A stretch of DNA of 64,000 nucleotides, from contig OX597827.1 in the NCBI GenBank assembly GCA_951406725.2, positions 2,480,001 through 2,544,000 of the forward strand. The letters are read 5' to 3'. Under the pieces are notes generated by a model. That model did not search any database. It was not told the origin of the DNA and saw only the letters and a program-made list of their open reading frames with translations. This document shows positions 39,808 through 53,561 of the stretch, one piece after another (position 1 is the first letter of the stretch; each line of letters starts with the position of its first letter). The stretch comes from Octopus vulgaris (Eukaryota). A program made the translations under genes and the position numbers.

Positions 39808-40070
39808 ATATTATATAGAGGGCACTCTTACACATAGATGCCTCACGCTAGGAGGGACTCTTAAAGTCAAAACTACTAAAATAAGTAAACACGTTGTACC
39901 GAAACAATTCTTGAAGCAAGTCAGTGTGATATGTGGCTAAATTCTGTTTTTAAATGACTTGCTTCGAAAATTGTTTTGGTACAATGTGTTTACTTATTTT
40001 AGTAGTTTTGACTTTAAGAGTCCCTCCTAGCATGAGGCATCTATGTGTAATAGTGCTCTCTATATAATAT
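39808..40070. repeat. Long foldback with 116-bp arms and a 31-bp loop
   Basis: 39808-39923 vs reverse complement of 39955-40070, 7 mismatches counted by eye. Confidence 0.95.
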
Positions 40071-40084
40071 ATGTATATATATAT

Positions 40085-40279
40085 AATAAATAATAACAAA
40101 GGGTAAAATTAATTAATTAAGAAGTAATCAATAATTTCACCAAGTAGAATTTGGTATGAAAAAAGGACCATTTCACGAAAACTTAAGTAATACTAATAAA
40201 AGGGTTCAGCAAAGATTTGTTTCACCAGACACCGAAGTTTAGAAATAGCAGCCAAAAATCTTAGCTATTTCTTTTATTA

Positions 40280-40283
<4 letters not shown>
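40085..40283 (+). mobile_element. AT-rich TA-tract insert, homologous to 57088-57290
   Basis: Shared aaagggtaaaat..ttcaccaagtag..aaaaggaccatt..tagaaata(g/a)cagccaaaaa. Confidence 0.75.
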
Positions 40284-40323
<40 letters not shown>

Positions 40324-40371
40324 AAACAAGTCAAGGTAGAAAATGCTAAAATAATTTTATAAAGAACATTT

Positions 40372-40409
40372 CAGTACCGGTTTCGGTCATTTTGAGACCT
40401 TTTCAACTG
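40372..40409 (-). ncRNA. Minimal hammerhead ribozyme with U3-A8 compensatory core
   Basis: Minus strand CAG-UUGAAAA-GGUC(UCAAAAU)GACC-GAA-ACCGGU-A-CUG: stems I and II pair, palindromic stem III, GUA triplet. Confidence 0.7.
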
Positions 40410-40526
40410 TAACGATTAAATAATTAAATTTAGAAAAAATAAAAGAAAAGTTTTTTTAAAGGAATATTTGTATAGTGTTCAAATATAAGTGGCATTCTGC
40501 CTTTCTCTGACTCCCTTGTTTGCACT

Positions 40527-40579
<53 letters not shown>

Positions 40580-40619
40580 GTATATATATGTATATATGTA
40601 TATATGTATATATAAATTG

Positions 40620-41010
40620 TCATCATCCTCCTCATCAGTATCATCACTGTTTACAAGTTTCAGTATGTGTTTTTCCATGCTAACATGGGTTGAACTCATC
40701 TGCCATACATTCTATCACCAATCCCCATTCCTCCCAACCTTCTTCTTTCATTATCACTTAAACGTAAGCCAATATTTCAGAATCTGACCTCACCACTTCT
40801 TTCTAGCTCATCTAAAGGCTACCATCTATAGCATGGATAAAGGCTAATTATTTTTTTATTAACTCGCTCTCACTGATAATATTCTACATTCCGGACTCCA
40901 TAACAATGCAATCATCTCCATCGTACATTTCACCTGTTGTTTTTATCACTTCTCAGAACTTGTTTCTGCTACATTTTTCAAGAGAGTTCACATTGCACAT
41001 ACACTAGTTT
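40620..41010 (-). mobile_element. Highly decayed RTE-like LINE 3' end
   Basis: Minus-strand peptides MCNVN and R*LHCYG recall RTE ..WMCNV..RRLRWYGHV; gcatggaaaaac..gatgat tail. Confidence 0.4.
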
Positions 41011-41039
41011 ACTTACATTATATAAATCCTTTCATTTAT

Positions 41040-41232
41040 AGGCACAAGGTCTGAAATTTTGGGAGAGGAGATAAGTCGATTGCATCTACCCCAGTACTCA
41101 ACTGGTATTTATTTCATCGACCTCGAAAAGATGAAAGGCAATGTCAACTCCAGCACAATTTGAACTCAGAACATAGAGACAAACAAACTGCCACTCAGCC
41201 TTTTGCCCAGTGTGCTAACGATTCTGCCAGCT
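41040..41232 (-). mobile_element. SINE family B (alternative tail)
   Basis: ggcacaaggtctgaaattttggg...atttgaactcagaac...tgctaacgattctgccagctc. Confidence 0.85.
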
Positions 41233-41309
41233 CCATCACCCGACTCGGATTAAACATTACCACAGTTTTCTCTCCTGTTGTCCTTCAGTTTTATCACTTC
41301 CCTCATACT

Positions 41310-41710
41310 CCTCTTTTACTCTTTTACTTGTTTCAGTCATTTGACAGCAGCCATGCTGGAGCACCGCCTTTAGTCGATCAAATCGACTCCAGGACTTATT
41401 CTTTGTAAGCCTAGTACTTATTCTATCAGTATCTTCTGCCGAACCGCTATGTTACGGGGATGTAAACACACCAGCATCAGTTGTCAAGCGATGTTGGGGC
41501 AGGGAACAAACACAGACACACAAACATATACACATATATACATATATGCGATGGGCTTCTTTCAGTTTCCATCTGCCAAATCCACTCACAAGGCTTTGGT
41601 CAGCCCAAGGCTATAGTAGAAGACACTTGCCCGAAGTGCCACACAGTGGGACTGAAACCGGAGCCATGTGGTTGGTAAGCAAGCTACTTACCACACAACC
41701 ACTCCTACAG
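41310..41710 (-). mobile_element. SINE family A, full length
   Basis: Near-consensus with CpG decay. Confidence 0.92.
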
Positions 41711-42767
41711 GATTACCATTATTCTTCTAATAGAGCAGGATTGCTTCATTTTTCACCGTCTTTCACTGTAACTTTTCATTGAGTTAGTCCACTGCTATAT
41801 AACCTCCACAACAAGGTCATTCACTAACACAGCAACTGACCAGAGCAGATGAGGTGACCCTTTCAGCTTTTTGGTTGCTCATCTAAAAGAAGGTAATTCC
41901 ATACAAATCCTGCAGCCTTGATAACTAGTAGTGTCATGGCATCGATACAACTTTGAAGGAGGAGACAGAATGGGACAGGCTCTGCATAAACCATGCCTTC
42001 TATGGTAATAAAACAAAATAATATAGTACCACCACCTGTGCTAAAGAGCAAAAACACAAAGTCCACGCCTTTAATGAAATTGCATTAACCCTTCAGCATT
42101 TAAACCATTCATCTCTAGCTCACCTATTCTACCTGTTTATGTGATATTTTGTTTCTTTTTAATAATATTTTTGTTGTTTTTGTAAAATCTGAGAAAATAT
42201 CTGTCGTGTAGGCTGTTTAGTAAACTAAGATACCAACCCCAACACCATCACATTTTCTTCATAAATCCAGAGGTGATAGGGAAGGTACTCTTAGAGGTCT
42301 TTGGCGTTGATCCTGCACATATGTGGCCATAGGCTGAATCTTGTTACCCACAGACCAAGGACAGAAAAATGTTTATTTAACTGTCTCCTGTTGAATCCCT
42401 ATTCTTTAAGGCAATAAATGAATCTCCCATTTTGCCTCAAATATTTTTTTCAGGTTACATACAAATTGTTGAGATTCACAACTTTAAAGCAGTTTCCTCT
42501 TTCCCATATCTGATAGCACACAATAGTTTTCTATTAAGCAATCCTCATCAATTCTCTGCAGATCTCTCTACTAACCCAGTTCTCTTTCTTTCATATCCCA
42601 TTTTGATAACCCAGATACCCATTCACACTCTACGGCTGCTTGTCTTCCATCTTTTATAGCAGTCAATACTACACAACTAATACCTCATTTACATCACATT
42701 ACCTTAAACTACAGTTGCTTCTAGTGATTCTCTTTCAGTTCTCTTTACTCCGGTGTGCTCTGCTTTT

Positions 42768-43095
42768 GTGAAGGTGCATGGCGTAGTGGTTAGTGTATTT
42801 GGCTCATGATTATAAGGTTATGAGTTCAATTCCTGGAAATGTGTTTTGCTTTTGAGCAAGACACTTTACTTCACATTTCTCCAGTCCACTCAGCCAGCAA
42901 AAATGAATTGTACCTGTGTTTCAATGGGCCAGCCTTGCCATATTTTGTGTCAAGCTGAATCTCCCTGCCAACTATGATGAAGGTACATGTATCTGTGGAG
43001 TACTCAGTCAATTGTATGTTAATTTCTCAAGCAGGCTTTTCCATTGATCAGCTCAACTGGGGCACTGATCGTTGCAACCAACAGATTGCCAGTTT
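42768..43095 (+). mobile_element. tRNA-headed SINE family D
   Basis: A-box tggcgtagtggttag, B-box gagttcaattcc, ttgagcaagacacttt, ctccagtccactcagc. Confidence 0.75.
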
Positions 43096-43829
43096 GCACT
43101 ACTTTTAATGCAAGTTGGTTTCCATTTGTCCTGAGTAAAACATGAAACCTCTTGGTGAGATTCCAGCTCAGGAGTTCTAGAGTATTGGAGATTGTGAAGT
43201 TATACTTTACGTACGACTTTACTTGATTTTTCTCCGGCTTGGAGTAGTAACACCTGTCAAGGACCCCAGTTTATTAATCAAAGAGTGGAAGATTGTCCTG
43301 TGGCTAAGACCTACAGAACTTGAAGGAGAACTAGCTCCTAGACATACGTTGCACAGACCCTGCTGTCACAAGAACCAGTCACTCATATATAAATGGTTAA
43401 ATAGGCTCTGTCTGTCTGTCTGTATATATATGTGTGTGTTTGTGTGAGTGTATTATTGTGTGTCTAGACATCGCACTCTTGTCTTGACACCACATTAGGG
43501 TTGTAAATGAGCATTGTTATTTATTTTCAGTTTTCTTAGAAAAGCATATCTAGCTATGGAAAATATTACCGTTTGGAAACAGACAAGGGTTGGGGGCATC
43601 CAGTTGTAAAAAATCTGTCCCAATGAATTCTGTCTGACCTATGCAAGTCTGGAAAAGTTGAGTTAAACAATGAAACTGGTCTCAAGAGTAAGCTCAGGAA
43701 AGCAAGAGAATATCAAAGTCAACTGTAAACATACTGAAGAACAGCAACAGGAAACCACGATTACAGCTTATCCAAGAAAAATCATGAACCTTCAGACTTT
43801 GGCATATATACTTGATCACTAAATCCATA

Positions 43830-43982
43830 AGTTTTTTTTATATTTTCTCTTATTCCTTTCTGTTGAAGAGCGTAGGCTTGAAATATAAAAGACTTCCTCA
43901 CTCTCCTGACCATCAGACTAATACACCTGCTTGAAGACAGGTTCATACACCTGTCTTCATCTTTTCTGTAAATTTCAACTAT
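43830..43982 (+). mobile_element. Penelope-tail-like element with hammerhead-like motif (43856-43891, CUGUUGA core)
   Basis: CTTT-CTGTTGA-A-GAGC(GTAG)GCTT-GAA-ATAT-A-AAAG; homologous to 53562-53745 (minus). Confidence 0.7.
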
Positions 43983-44884
43983 ATATATATAGTTGGACAC
44001 TTTCTTTTTTTGCCAATTGAACACCTCAGCAAATTCTATCTGGTCCATGGAAGCATGGGAAATTAATTATTGGATGTTAAATGATGGTGATGATTGTGAT
44101 CTTTTTCAAAGACATGTTTGTCAGTAACTTCATGCTATCATGCCTATACAAAATACATGCACAGTGTTCTGGCCTACCATTTTCCTGTGTCTTGCTGCTG
44201 AGAATCTCAATCAATAAATTCTTATCACTTTATGTTTCCTCAGAATTGAACTCAGATGTGGTTGAGTAGTTAAGGCATTCTCTCCCAAAATACACTGTTT
44301 CAGGTTCAGTCCTACTGCATAGTATCTTCTACCAAAGTCTCAGCTTCATATTAACCTTATAAATGTATGAGAGAGTTCGTTTAAATTCTTATGGGGTAGC
44401 ATTAGTGCATCACTTTGCATATAACCCCCACCACCAGGCTTGGATATCTTTAGTGGAGTCCACAGCAATGTAAGCCTTCAGTCCCCCCCTCTATCTCTCT
44501 CTCTCTTTTGAAAGTGTTGGATTGACCTGAAAACTGGGAAAGTATTGTGCCTTCTACATCCTGACTGTCATACCAAAAACTATTTTGTGTAGACAACATA
44601 CATGAATGGACAGGGGTAGCTGTGTGGTAAGAAGTTTCTTTCCAGGGAGAACGACCTGTTCAGGATAATGGATTCCTTCCCTAAGGATACCTATAGGTTT
44701 ATGTTGAATGGGCCCTACTTGGAACCGTTACAGTGTTTTTCTGAGGAATGGAGTCTTATAGGGCAAGAAGATTCTAATTTTGATACCTAAAATGATGTTA
44801 TGCAGTTGGACAAATAGTTTGATAGACAGACAGATAGATAGCTACTTGAGTACATAGTTATGACCTACAAATGCACAAATACCT

Positions 44885-45117
44885 ATTTCTTAACAACCCA
44901 CAAGGGGCTAAACACAGAGAGGACAAACAATGACAGGCAAACAGATTAAATTGATTATATCGACCCTAGTGCATAACTGGTACTTAATTTATCGACCCTG
45001 AAAAGATGAAAGGCAAAGTCGACCTCAGCGGAATTTGAACTCAGAACGTAACGGCAGACGAAATACGGCTACGCATTTTGCCCGGCGTGCTAACAATTCT
45101 GCCGACTCGCTGCCTTC
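44885..45117 (-). mobile_element. SINE family B, full length
   Basis: Consensus body; flanking direct repeat caaatacc. Confidence 0.92.
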
Positions 45118-46043
45118 GCAAATACCAAACACACACACACACAATCATAAATTGCAGCTTACAAATACTTAACACACACACTCTGGTACTTTATATATTT
45201 TGCTTATGAATATATTTTAAAAGACAGTACAGCATTCCTCCTCCCCCTTTCCTCCTCCTCCTCCTCGTTTTTCCTTGTATTCCTTGTATTTCAACTCTCC
45301 CACTTCATCTTCCCCTCCTTCTCCTCTTCCTCTTCATCATCATCATCCTCAAAGGTGAAATTTCTTTGTTTAGTAAAGAATTAATTAAAAAAATATTTTC
45401 AAAAAAATAAACAAAAACTAAAAGAAAACATAATAAACATCACTTCAACAAATATATAGGTAGGTAAAATAAAAGAATTTCAAATTAACCAAACCAAATA
45501 AAAAAAAACAAACAATAAGGACTACAAAATAAAATATCAAACACATCAAAATATGAATAGTAATTAAAAAAAAAACATAATAAATAACAATACCAGGGAC
45601 AGCAGTAACAACATCAGCAATAATAATACAAATAATAATGATAATAGTAATAATAATGATGATGATGATAATGATGATGATGACGATGATACTATTAATA
45701 TTGTTGATGATAATGATGATGATTATAATATTTTAAGTGTTTTCTTTCAAATTTTATAACAAGAAAAGCAATTTTTAAATTGTAAATAAATGAAAAAAAA
45801 AAATATGAAAGACTGTAAATATGAAAAAATAGGAAATATGAAGACAAGTAATGTAACTTTTTTTATACTTCTGTACTTCCATAATACTTGTACAAGTGGA
45901 TAGGTATGTCACTACGTATGTGCTGTGTATGTATTTATATATGAGCATACATATACATGTGTGTGTATATATGTATATATATATATATATATGTAAATAT
46001 ATATATATGTATTACACACACATATAAATATATACATATATAC

Positions 46044-46096
<53 letters not shown>

Positions 46097-47208
46097 GATT
46101 TCATATATATGTGTGTATTTATGTACACAGACACACGCGCACACATATATATTTATTAATATGGATATGTGTGTGTATGTATGTATGTATGTATGTATGT
46201 ATGTATGTATGTATGGAAGCATTTATGTGTATATATTTATGCGGTGTATATATATATATTATATATATTAATATATATTCCTTCATGCACACATGTAACT
46301 ATTTATAAGTATGTGTGCACATGTATGTGTGTGAGTGTATACATATATATGTATATGTATATATGTGTTTAAATATGTGTGTGTATATATATGTGTGTGT
46401 ATATATATGTGTGTGTATATATATGTGTCAATCTATATCTATATGTATACATACACACGCACACACACCTACTGAGGCATATCTACACACACACACACAT
46501 ATATATATATGAGCTTGTCTGTGTGTGTGTGTGTGTGTGTGTGTGGTGGCTCCCATATACAGGCATACATAAATGTTCCTTGTCATTTAATTCGTATGTA
46601 TTACTTAGAGTAACATATCTATTTTATGTAAGTTATAAATGTGGTTGTTGTTGTTGCTATTTTTACGTATGAGCTTCTTTCCCTACACACAATTATAAGC
46701 CCATGTGTGTGTGTGTGTGTGTGTATGCACATATATGTATGTATATATGTGTATATATTTGTATATATGTGTATTTCTGGGTTTTTTTTCCCCCCTTCAT
46801 CCTTACTTTTGAAAATATAATCTTCGGAAAATAAAATAAAATAAAATAAAAATACATACAAAATTTATTATATTTTTTAAACCATATTCCTTTATTTTAC
46901 ATAATAATATTAATAGTATTTTTTTCAAATACGTCAGTTTAACTTCTTTTCCATGCCTGCATACACATACACATACACATACACAGACACACATACACAG
47001 ACACACAAGCACACACACATTTATATCTATACATATTTGTAGAGATATAGTTATACACATGTGCACACATATGCATACACACACCTTATATATTTAAATA
47101 TACATGTGTGTGTGTATGTGCATTTGTGTGTGTTTGTGTGAGTGTATATATATATATATATACATATATCTATCTATATATTTATATATATATATATGTA
47201 TGTACGTA

Positions 47209-47241
<33 letters not shown>

Positions 47242-47403
47242 ATATATGTATATATGTATGTATGTATACGCAATCACACATAATTTTCTTCCCAAGGAAA
47301 ATCTTGTTTGTCATTAAAATTTTTGTAACAATGACAAATTCCTCTTGCAGAATATTTTTTCTCATTTTCAGAAACACCCAACCAAAAACTGCACCAGCAG
47401 CCA

Positions 47404-47443
<40 letters not shown>

Positions 47444-47445
47444 GA

Positions 47446-47486
<41 letters not shown>

Positions 47487-48604
47487 ACGATGGTGATGGT
47501 TGTGGTACCATGAAGTAAAGTTAGGGGTACCTCTATGTGATACTCGACCTGCTAGAAAGAACAGCTGTATTGCCAAATGTCAACACTCTAAACAATGCCT
47601 GATGCCTAATGCTACCATAAACACTATACTAGCATCAATACCACTAATCTGACCCTCACCCTCACCTCTACCATCAACCACTAGCACCATCATCAGTACA
47701 ATTACTGCCATCATCATCACTACCATCACCATCTCCGTCATCATCCCAATTACTATTTATTTAATTATTTTATTTTATCTAGTTTCAGCTCACGAGCTGT
47801 GGCCATGCTGGGGCACCGCCACTATCATCAGCATCATTGTCATTATTATCTCCACCACCACCACCACCACCACCACCACCACTTCTATGCCATCACTGCT
47901 TCCAGCGCCACCATCATCTCCAGCATCACCACCACTTCCACTGTCACTACCACCAGTACCATTACCATCATCACAACCAGCACCACCACCAGAAACGCCA
48001 CCACCACCACCACCACCAGTGTCACTAACATCATCACTCTCCGACACCACCATCATTACCACTACAACCAACACCACCACCACCCTTGTCATCACCATTA
48101 ACATCCCCATCATTTGTCACCAACACCCACAACACCACCACCACCACCACCACCAGTGCCTCCACCTTTGTCTTTATGAGAATGACCAACCCCACCCCAC
48201 CCCACCTCTGATGCTCAAACTTATAGACAAACACAGAAACTCATGCCTGATCTAAGTCATATAGTCTCTCTCTCTCACACACTCACACACACACACACAC
48301 ACGTACACATGCACACACTTGTGTGCACATGCATATTCACACACACAAACAAAATGCACATGCTCAAACACTAACACACACAGAGAAAACACCACATACC
48401 AACACAAGCACACACATACTACATGGACACACCTAAGCTCAAAGTTATTCAGTACCCCTCACACAAACACACACACACACACAAGCACACATACATACAA
48501 CATATGCTCATGCACACACCCAAATAGTGTCTCACACACGCACACACACACACACACACACACACCACATATTCTCATGCACACACCCACATAGTGTCAC
48601 ACAC

Positions 48605-48638
<34 letters not shown>

Positions 48639-48839
48639 CTGAAAGCCACTAATTCTTGCCTGGCTACTTACCTGTCTGTACACATGTAAACGTGTGTGTG
48701 TGTGTATGTGTGAGTGAGAGAGAGAGAGATGGAGGGAGAATGTGTGTATTTGACTGTGTATGTGTGCATATTCATGTGTGTGCATATGCATGTGTGTATG
48801 TATGCGTGTTTGTACATATGCATGTATGTATGTGTGTTT

Positions 48840-48906
<67 letters not shown>

Positions 48907-49399
48907 TGTGTTTCGGAGAACGTGTGTTTCAGTAGCATGTGGATGTAAGAGAGACAGACTGTGCCTGTTTGAATGTGTATGTACATGTGAATGTGTGTGT
49001 GTCTGTGTGCGAGAGAGGGAGAGCGAGGAGGGAGAGAGACTCTGTGTGTGTGTGTGTGTGTTTCTGTCTATGCCTGCCTGCCTGCTCGCCTGTCACTATT
49101 CGGCACCTAGACCAAGATTTAAATTAGCTATTATCCTCTCAGAAAACTGTTCCAATTGCTTCAGTAGTGTTGTGTTGTGTTCAATAAATACAGATTTAGT
49201 TCTTAAGAATGAACGATGAATTTCAAATGGAAAAACAGTATTGATTATATTTCTCTCCAGTTACTGCCCCCCACCCCCCCACCCATACCTCTCACCCACA
49301 CACATTCAGACATGCAGTTTTCCACCATCTGCTTTACTCTCTCTCACCCCTCTCTCTCTTTCTCCCGCGTGCTCTCTCTACCCCTCACTCTCTTCCTCA

Positions 49400-49407
49400 T
49401 CTCTCTC

Positions 49408-49441
<34 letters not shown>

Positions 49442-49479
49442 ATTCTGTCTATCATTCTATCTATCTATCTATCTATCTA

Positions 49480-49540
<61 letters not shown>

Positions 49541-49555
49541 TTATCTATCTATCTA

Positions 49556-49618
<63 letters not shown>

Positions 49619-49858
49619 GTCTGTCTGTCTATCAATTTATCAGTATCTATCAATATGATTGTCTTTCTATTTATTTGCATATCTGTCTTTCTAGGTATCA
49701 ACTTAATGGTCTGTCTCTCTGTCAATATTTCTATATGATGCCTATGTTTGTATGTATGTATGTATGTATGTATGTATGTATGTATGTATGTATGTATGTA
49801 TGTATGTATGTATGAATGTATGTATGTATGTATGTATGTATGTGTGTATGTATGTATG

Positions 49859-49892
<34 letters not shown>

Positions 49893-50234
49893 TGCATGTA
49901 TGTATGTATGTATGTATGTAATTATGTATGTATGTTTGTATGTATGTATGTATGTATGTATGTATGTATGTATGTATGTATGCATGTATGTATGCATGTA
50001 TGTATGTATATATGCATGTATGTATGTATGTATGTATGCATGTATGCATGTATGTATGTATGTATGTATGTATGTATGTATATATGCATTATGTATGTAT
50101 GTATGTATGTATGTATGTACGTATGTATGTATGTATGTATGTATATATGCATTATGTATGTATGTATGTATGTATGTATCCGTCTGTCTCCCTGCCTGCC
50201 TGTCTGTCTATCTATCTGTCTGTCTGTCTGACTA

Positions 50235-50269
<35 letters not shown>

Positions 50270-50320
50270 ATCTATCTATCTATCTAACTGTCTATCTATC
50301 TATATGTCTGTCTGTCTGTA
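49400..50320. repeat. (TCTA)n/(TCTG)n then (TGTA)n tetranucleotide arrays
   Basis: Direct inspection. Confidence 0.95.
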
Positions 50321-50675
50321 TAATCTCCCTCCCTCATTCACTCTCTCCCTATGTTTATTTTGTCTCTTTAACATTCTGTATTCAAGATATATGAATTCTC
50401 CTTTTCTCTCTCTCTCCCCCTCGCCTGTCTCTCTCCCTCTTCTTCTCTTTCTTTCTCTTTCTCTCTCTCTCTGACTTAAACTACACACAGATGAGGATAA
50501 GAGAGAAGTGGTGCCAGATTAGGATTGTGAAACACAGAGGCGAGTGCACGGCTAAGAGGAGGGTGTGAATTGGAGGAAGGAGAGATCCCCACCCCTCCAA
50601 AAAAAAAATTATAGATAAGCAGGATGGAAAAGCAGATAAGAAAGAAAGGATGAAAGGAAGGAAGGAAGGAAAAGT

Positions 50676-50718
50676 AGAAGAAGAAGAAGAAGAAGAAGAA
50701 GAAGAAGAAGAAGAAGAA

Positions 50719-50765
<47 letters not shown>

Positions 50766-50854
50766 AGAAGAAGAAGAAGAAGAAGAAGAAGAAGAAGAAG
50801 AAGAAGAAGAAGAAGAAGAAGAAGAAGAAGAAGAAGAAGAAGAAGAAGAAGAAG
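50676..50854. repeat. (GAA)n tract, about 180 bp
   Basis: Direct inspection; single GAG interruption. Confidence 0.97.
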
Positions 50855-51121
50855 GGTGTTGGCAGTTTTTTTTTTAAATTTGGTTTTGATTTTTCTAAAT
50901 TTCGTTTTGCAACATTCTTCTACTTTACACAATATTATGTGTGTTCCCATGCATACACACATGCTGCGTGTTCCCATGCATACACACATGCTACATGTGC
51001 ACACACATGCACAAACACTTACGAGAGAAAGAGGACACATGCATAAACTGACAAACATATTTGTGTGTGTATATATGTGCATGTATGTATATAGATAGAT
51101 TAAAAACTATGTATATGCAGG

Positions 51122-51160
<39 letters not shown>

Positions 51161-51439
51161 ATTTATATGTATGTAGATATATATATGGATGTATATATAT
51201 ATATGTATTTATGTATATACATATATATATATGTATATGTATATGTATATGCATATGTATATGTATGTGTATATATATGTATATATACGTATGTATATAT
51301 ATATATGTATATTTATATGTACATGTATCTATGTACATATATATATATATATGTACATATACATATGTATATATATATATGTGTATATGCATATATATAT
51401 GTATATATATAGGTGTATATGCATATATATATGTATATA

Positions 51440-51494
<55 letters not shown>

Positions 51495-51503
51495 GTGTGT
51501 GTA

Positions 51504-51547
<44 letters not shown>

Positions 51548-51628
51548 TAAATAGATAGATGGATAGATATTTAGATATGTACATATGTAACTATGTATGT
51601 ATGCATTTAATGTGCTATTGTATTTAAC

Positions 51629-51679
<51 letters not shown>

Positions 51680-52624
51680 TTTCTGTGAAATTTTCTAGTT
51701 TCATTATTCTGTTTCCAAAGGATTATCAGAGAAATACCAAACATGTTTAATCCGATTAAAAAATAAATTAAGGTGAGGAGGAGGGGAGGATAAGAACATT
51801 TCTGTATTGGTGTTAGAGATAGAAAGTTGGACATAGTAACTGGGGTGGGAAGGGAAAAGCATATGCCGTATATGGTAGTGGTAGTTGCGTTGGTGGTGAT
51901 GGTGGTGGTGGTGGTGGTAGTGGTAGTAGTGGTGGTGGTGATTGCAATGGTTGTGGTGCTGGTGGTAAAGGAGCTATGTTGATGGTAGCGGTGGGGATAG
52001 CGGGGTGTGGGGGGAAGAAGCATCTGTGGTGACCCATCATGATGAGCATTATTGATGCTGATGGTTGTGGTGGAAATAAATAATGGTAGTGGTATTAATG
52101 ATGTTGGTGGTGCTGGTGATGGTGTCAGTGGTACTCCTGATAATGACAATGGTAATGATGATGATGATGATATTGGTAGTTGTCATAATTTAGATAATAA
52201 GGATGATGGCATTTATATTTGTGTTCCTGGTGGTGATGGTGGTGGTGAAGCTGGCGGTGGTGTTGATGACGACGATGATGATGATGATTGTGGTAGTGGT
52301 GATAATGATAATGATAATGATGATCATGATAGTGGTGGTGGTGATGAGGATGGTGGAGGTGATAATAATTATGACAATGAGGATTGTGAGTGAATAAGAT
52401 GGTGATGATTGTGATGATGATGATCATCATCACCGTGACAATAATAATGGAGATGATGACAACGACGATGACGATGGTGATGATGATCATGTTCATAATA
52501 TTCATGGTGGTGGGCACATTGTGACCTCCTGTGCCATGTTGAGGTAAGGTGTGTGTTGTGCCACAAGGTGCAATTCATTTCATTTATTTTTTTCTATATT
52601 TTTACCTTTTACTTCTATATATAT

Positions 52625-53036
52625 GGGCAAAGGAGTGGCTGTGTGGTAAGTAGCTTGCTTACAAACCACATGGTTCCGGGTTCAGTTCCACTGCGTGGTA
52701 ACTTGAGCAAGTGTCTTCTACAATCGCCTCGGGCCAACCAAAGCCTTGTGAGTGGATTTGGTAGACGGAAACTGAAAGAAGCCCATTGTATATATGTATA
52801 TATATATGTGTAAGTGTATGTTTATGTTTGTGTGTCTGTGTTTGTCGCCCCAAAATCGCTTGACAACCGATGGTGGTTTGATTACATCCCTATAAATTAG
52901 CAGTTTGGCAAAAGAGATCGATAGAATAAGTGCTAGGCTAATAAAAGAATAAGTCCTAGGGTCGATTTGCTCGACTAAAGGCAGTGCTTCAGCATGGCCA
53001 CAGTCAAATGACTGAAACAAGTAAAAGAGTAAAGAG
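52625..53036 (+). mobile_element. SINE family A, full length
   Basis: Consensus head and tail. Confidence 0.92.
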
Positions 53037-53058
53037 TATATATATATATATATATATA

Positions 53059-53105
<47 letters not shown>

Positions 53106-53289
53106 AATGTTGAACAATGAAAATGAGTGCTCAACACAACATTGGTGGCTATAATTTCTTTATTTGTGAATTAAAGCTACCATTGGTTTCATGTTCAGAA
53201 AAGTAGGAAAATATCCTATTGTCTTAACAATTATTCACATGAGGAGAGGTGTTCACTTCCGTTTTGGAAAAGACATATATTTATATATA

Positions 53290-53523
53290 TTTATGTGTGA
53301 GGATCTTTGTGTTTGTGTTTGGCCTCCCACCATTGCCTGACGACTGAAGTTGGTGTGTTTATGCCCCTGTAACATAACGGTTTGGCAAAAGAGATTGATA
53401 GAATAAGTAGTAGGCTTACAAAGAATAAGTCCTGGAGTTGATTTCTTCAACTAAAACCCTTCAAGGTGGTGCTCCAGCATGGTCGCAGTGAAATGGCTGA
53501 AATGTGTAAAAGAGTAAAAGAAT
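53290..53523 (+). mobile_element. SINE family A 3' half
   Basis: gaataagtagtaggcttacaaagaataagtcctgg...ggtgctccagcatgg. Confidence 0.85.
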
Positions 53524-53561
53524 ATATACATACATACATATATTTATATATATATATATAT

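Noticed and set aside
50609-51082. Poly-Glu/poly-Leu ORFs
   Set aside because: (GAA)n tract
52514-52575. Possible miRNA hairpin with miR-92- or miR-263-like seeds
   Set aside because: Only the outer 10 bp pair; the interior is asymmetric and similarity beyond the seed is poor
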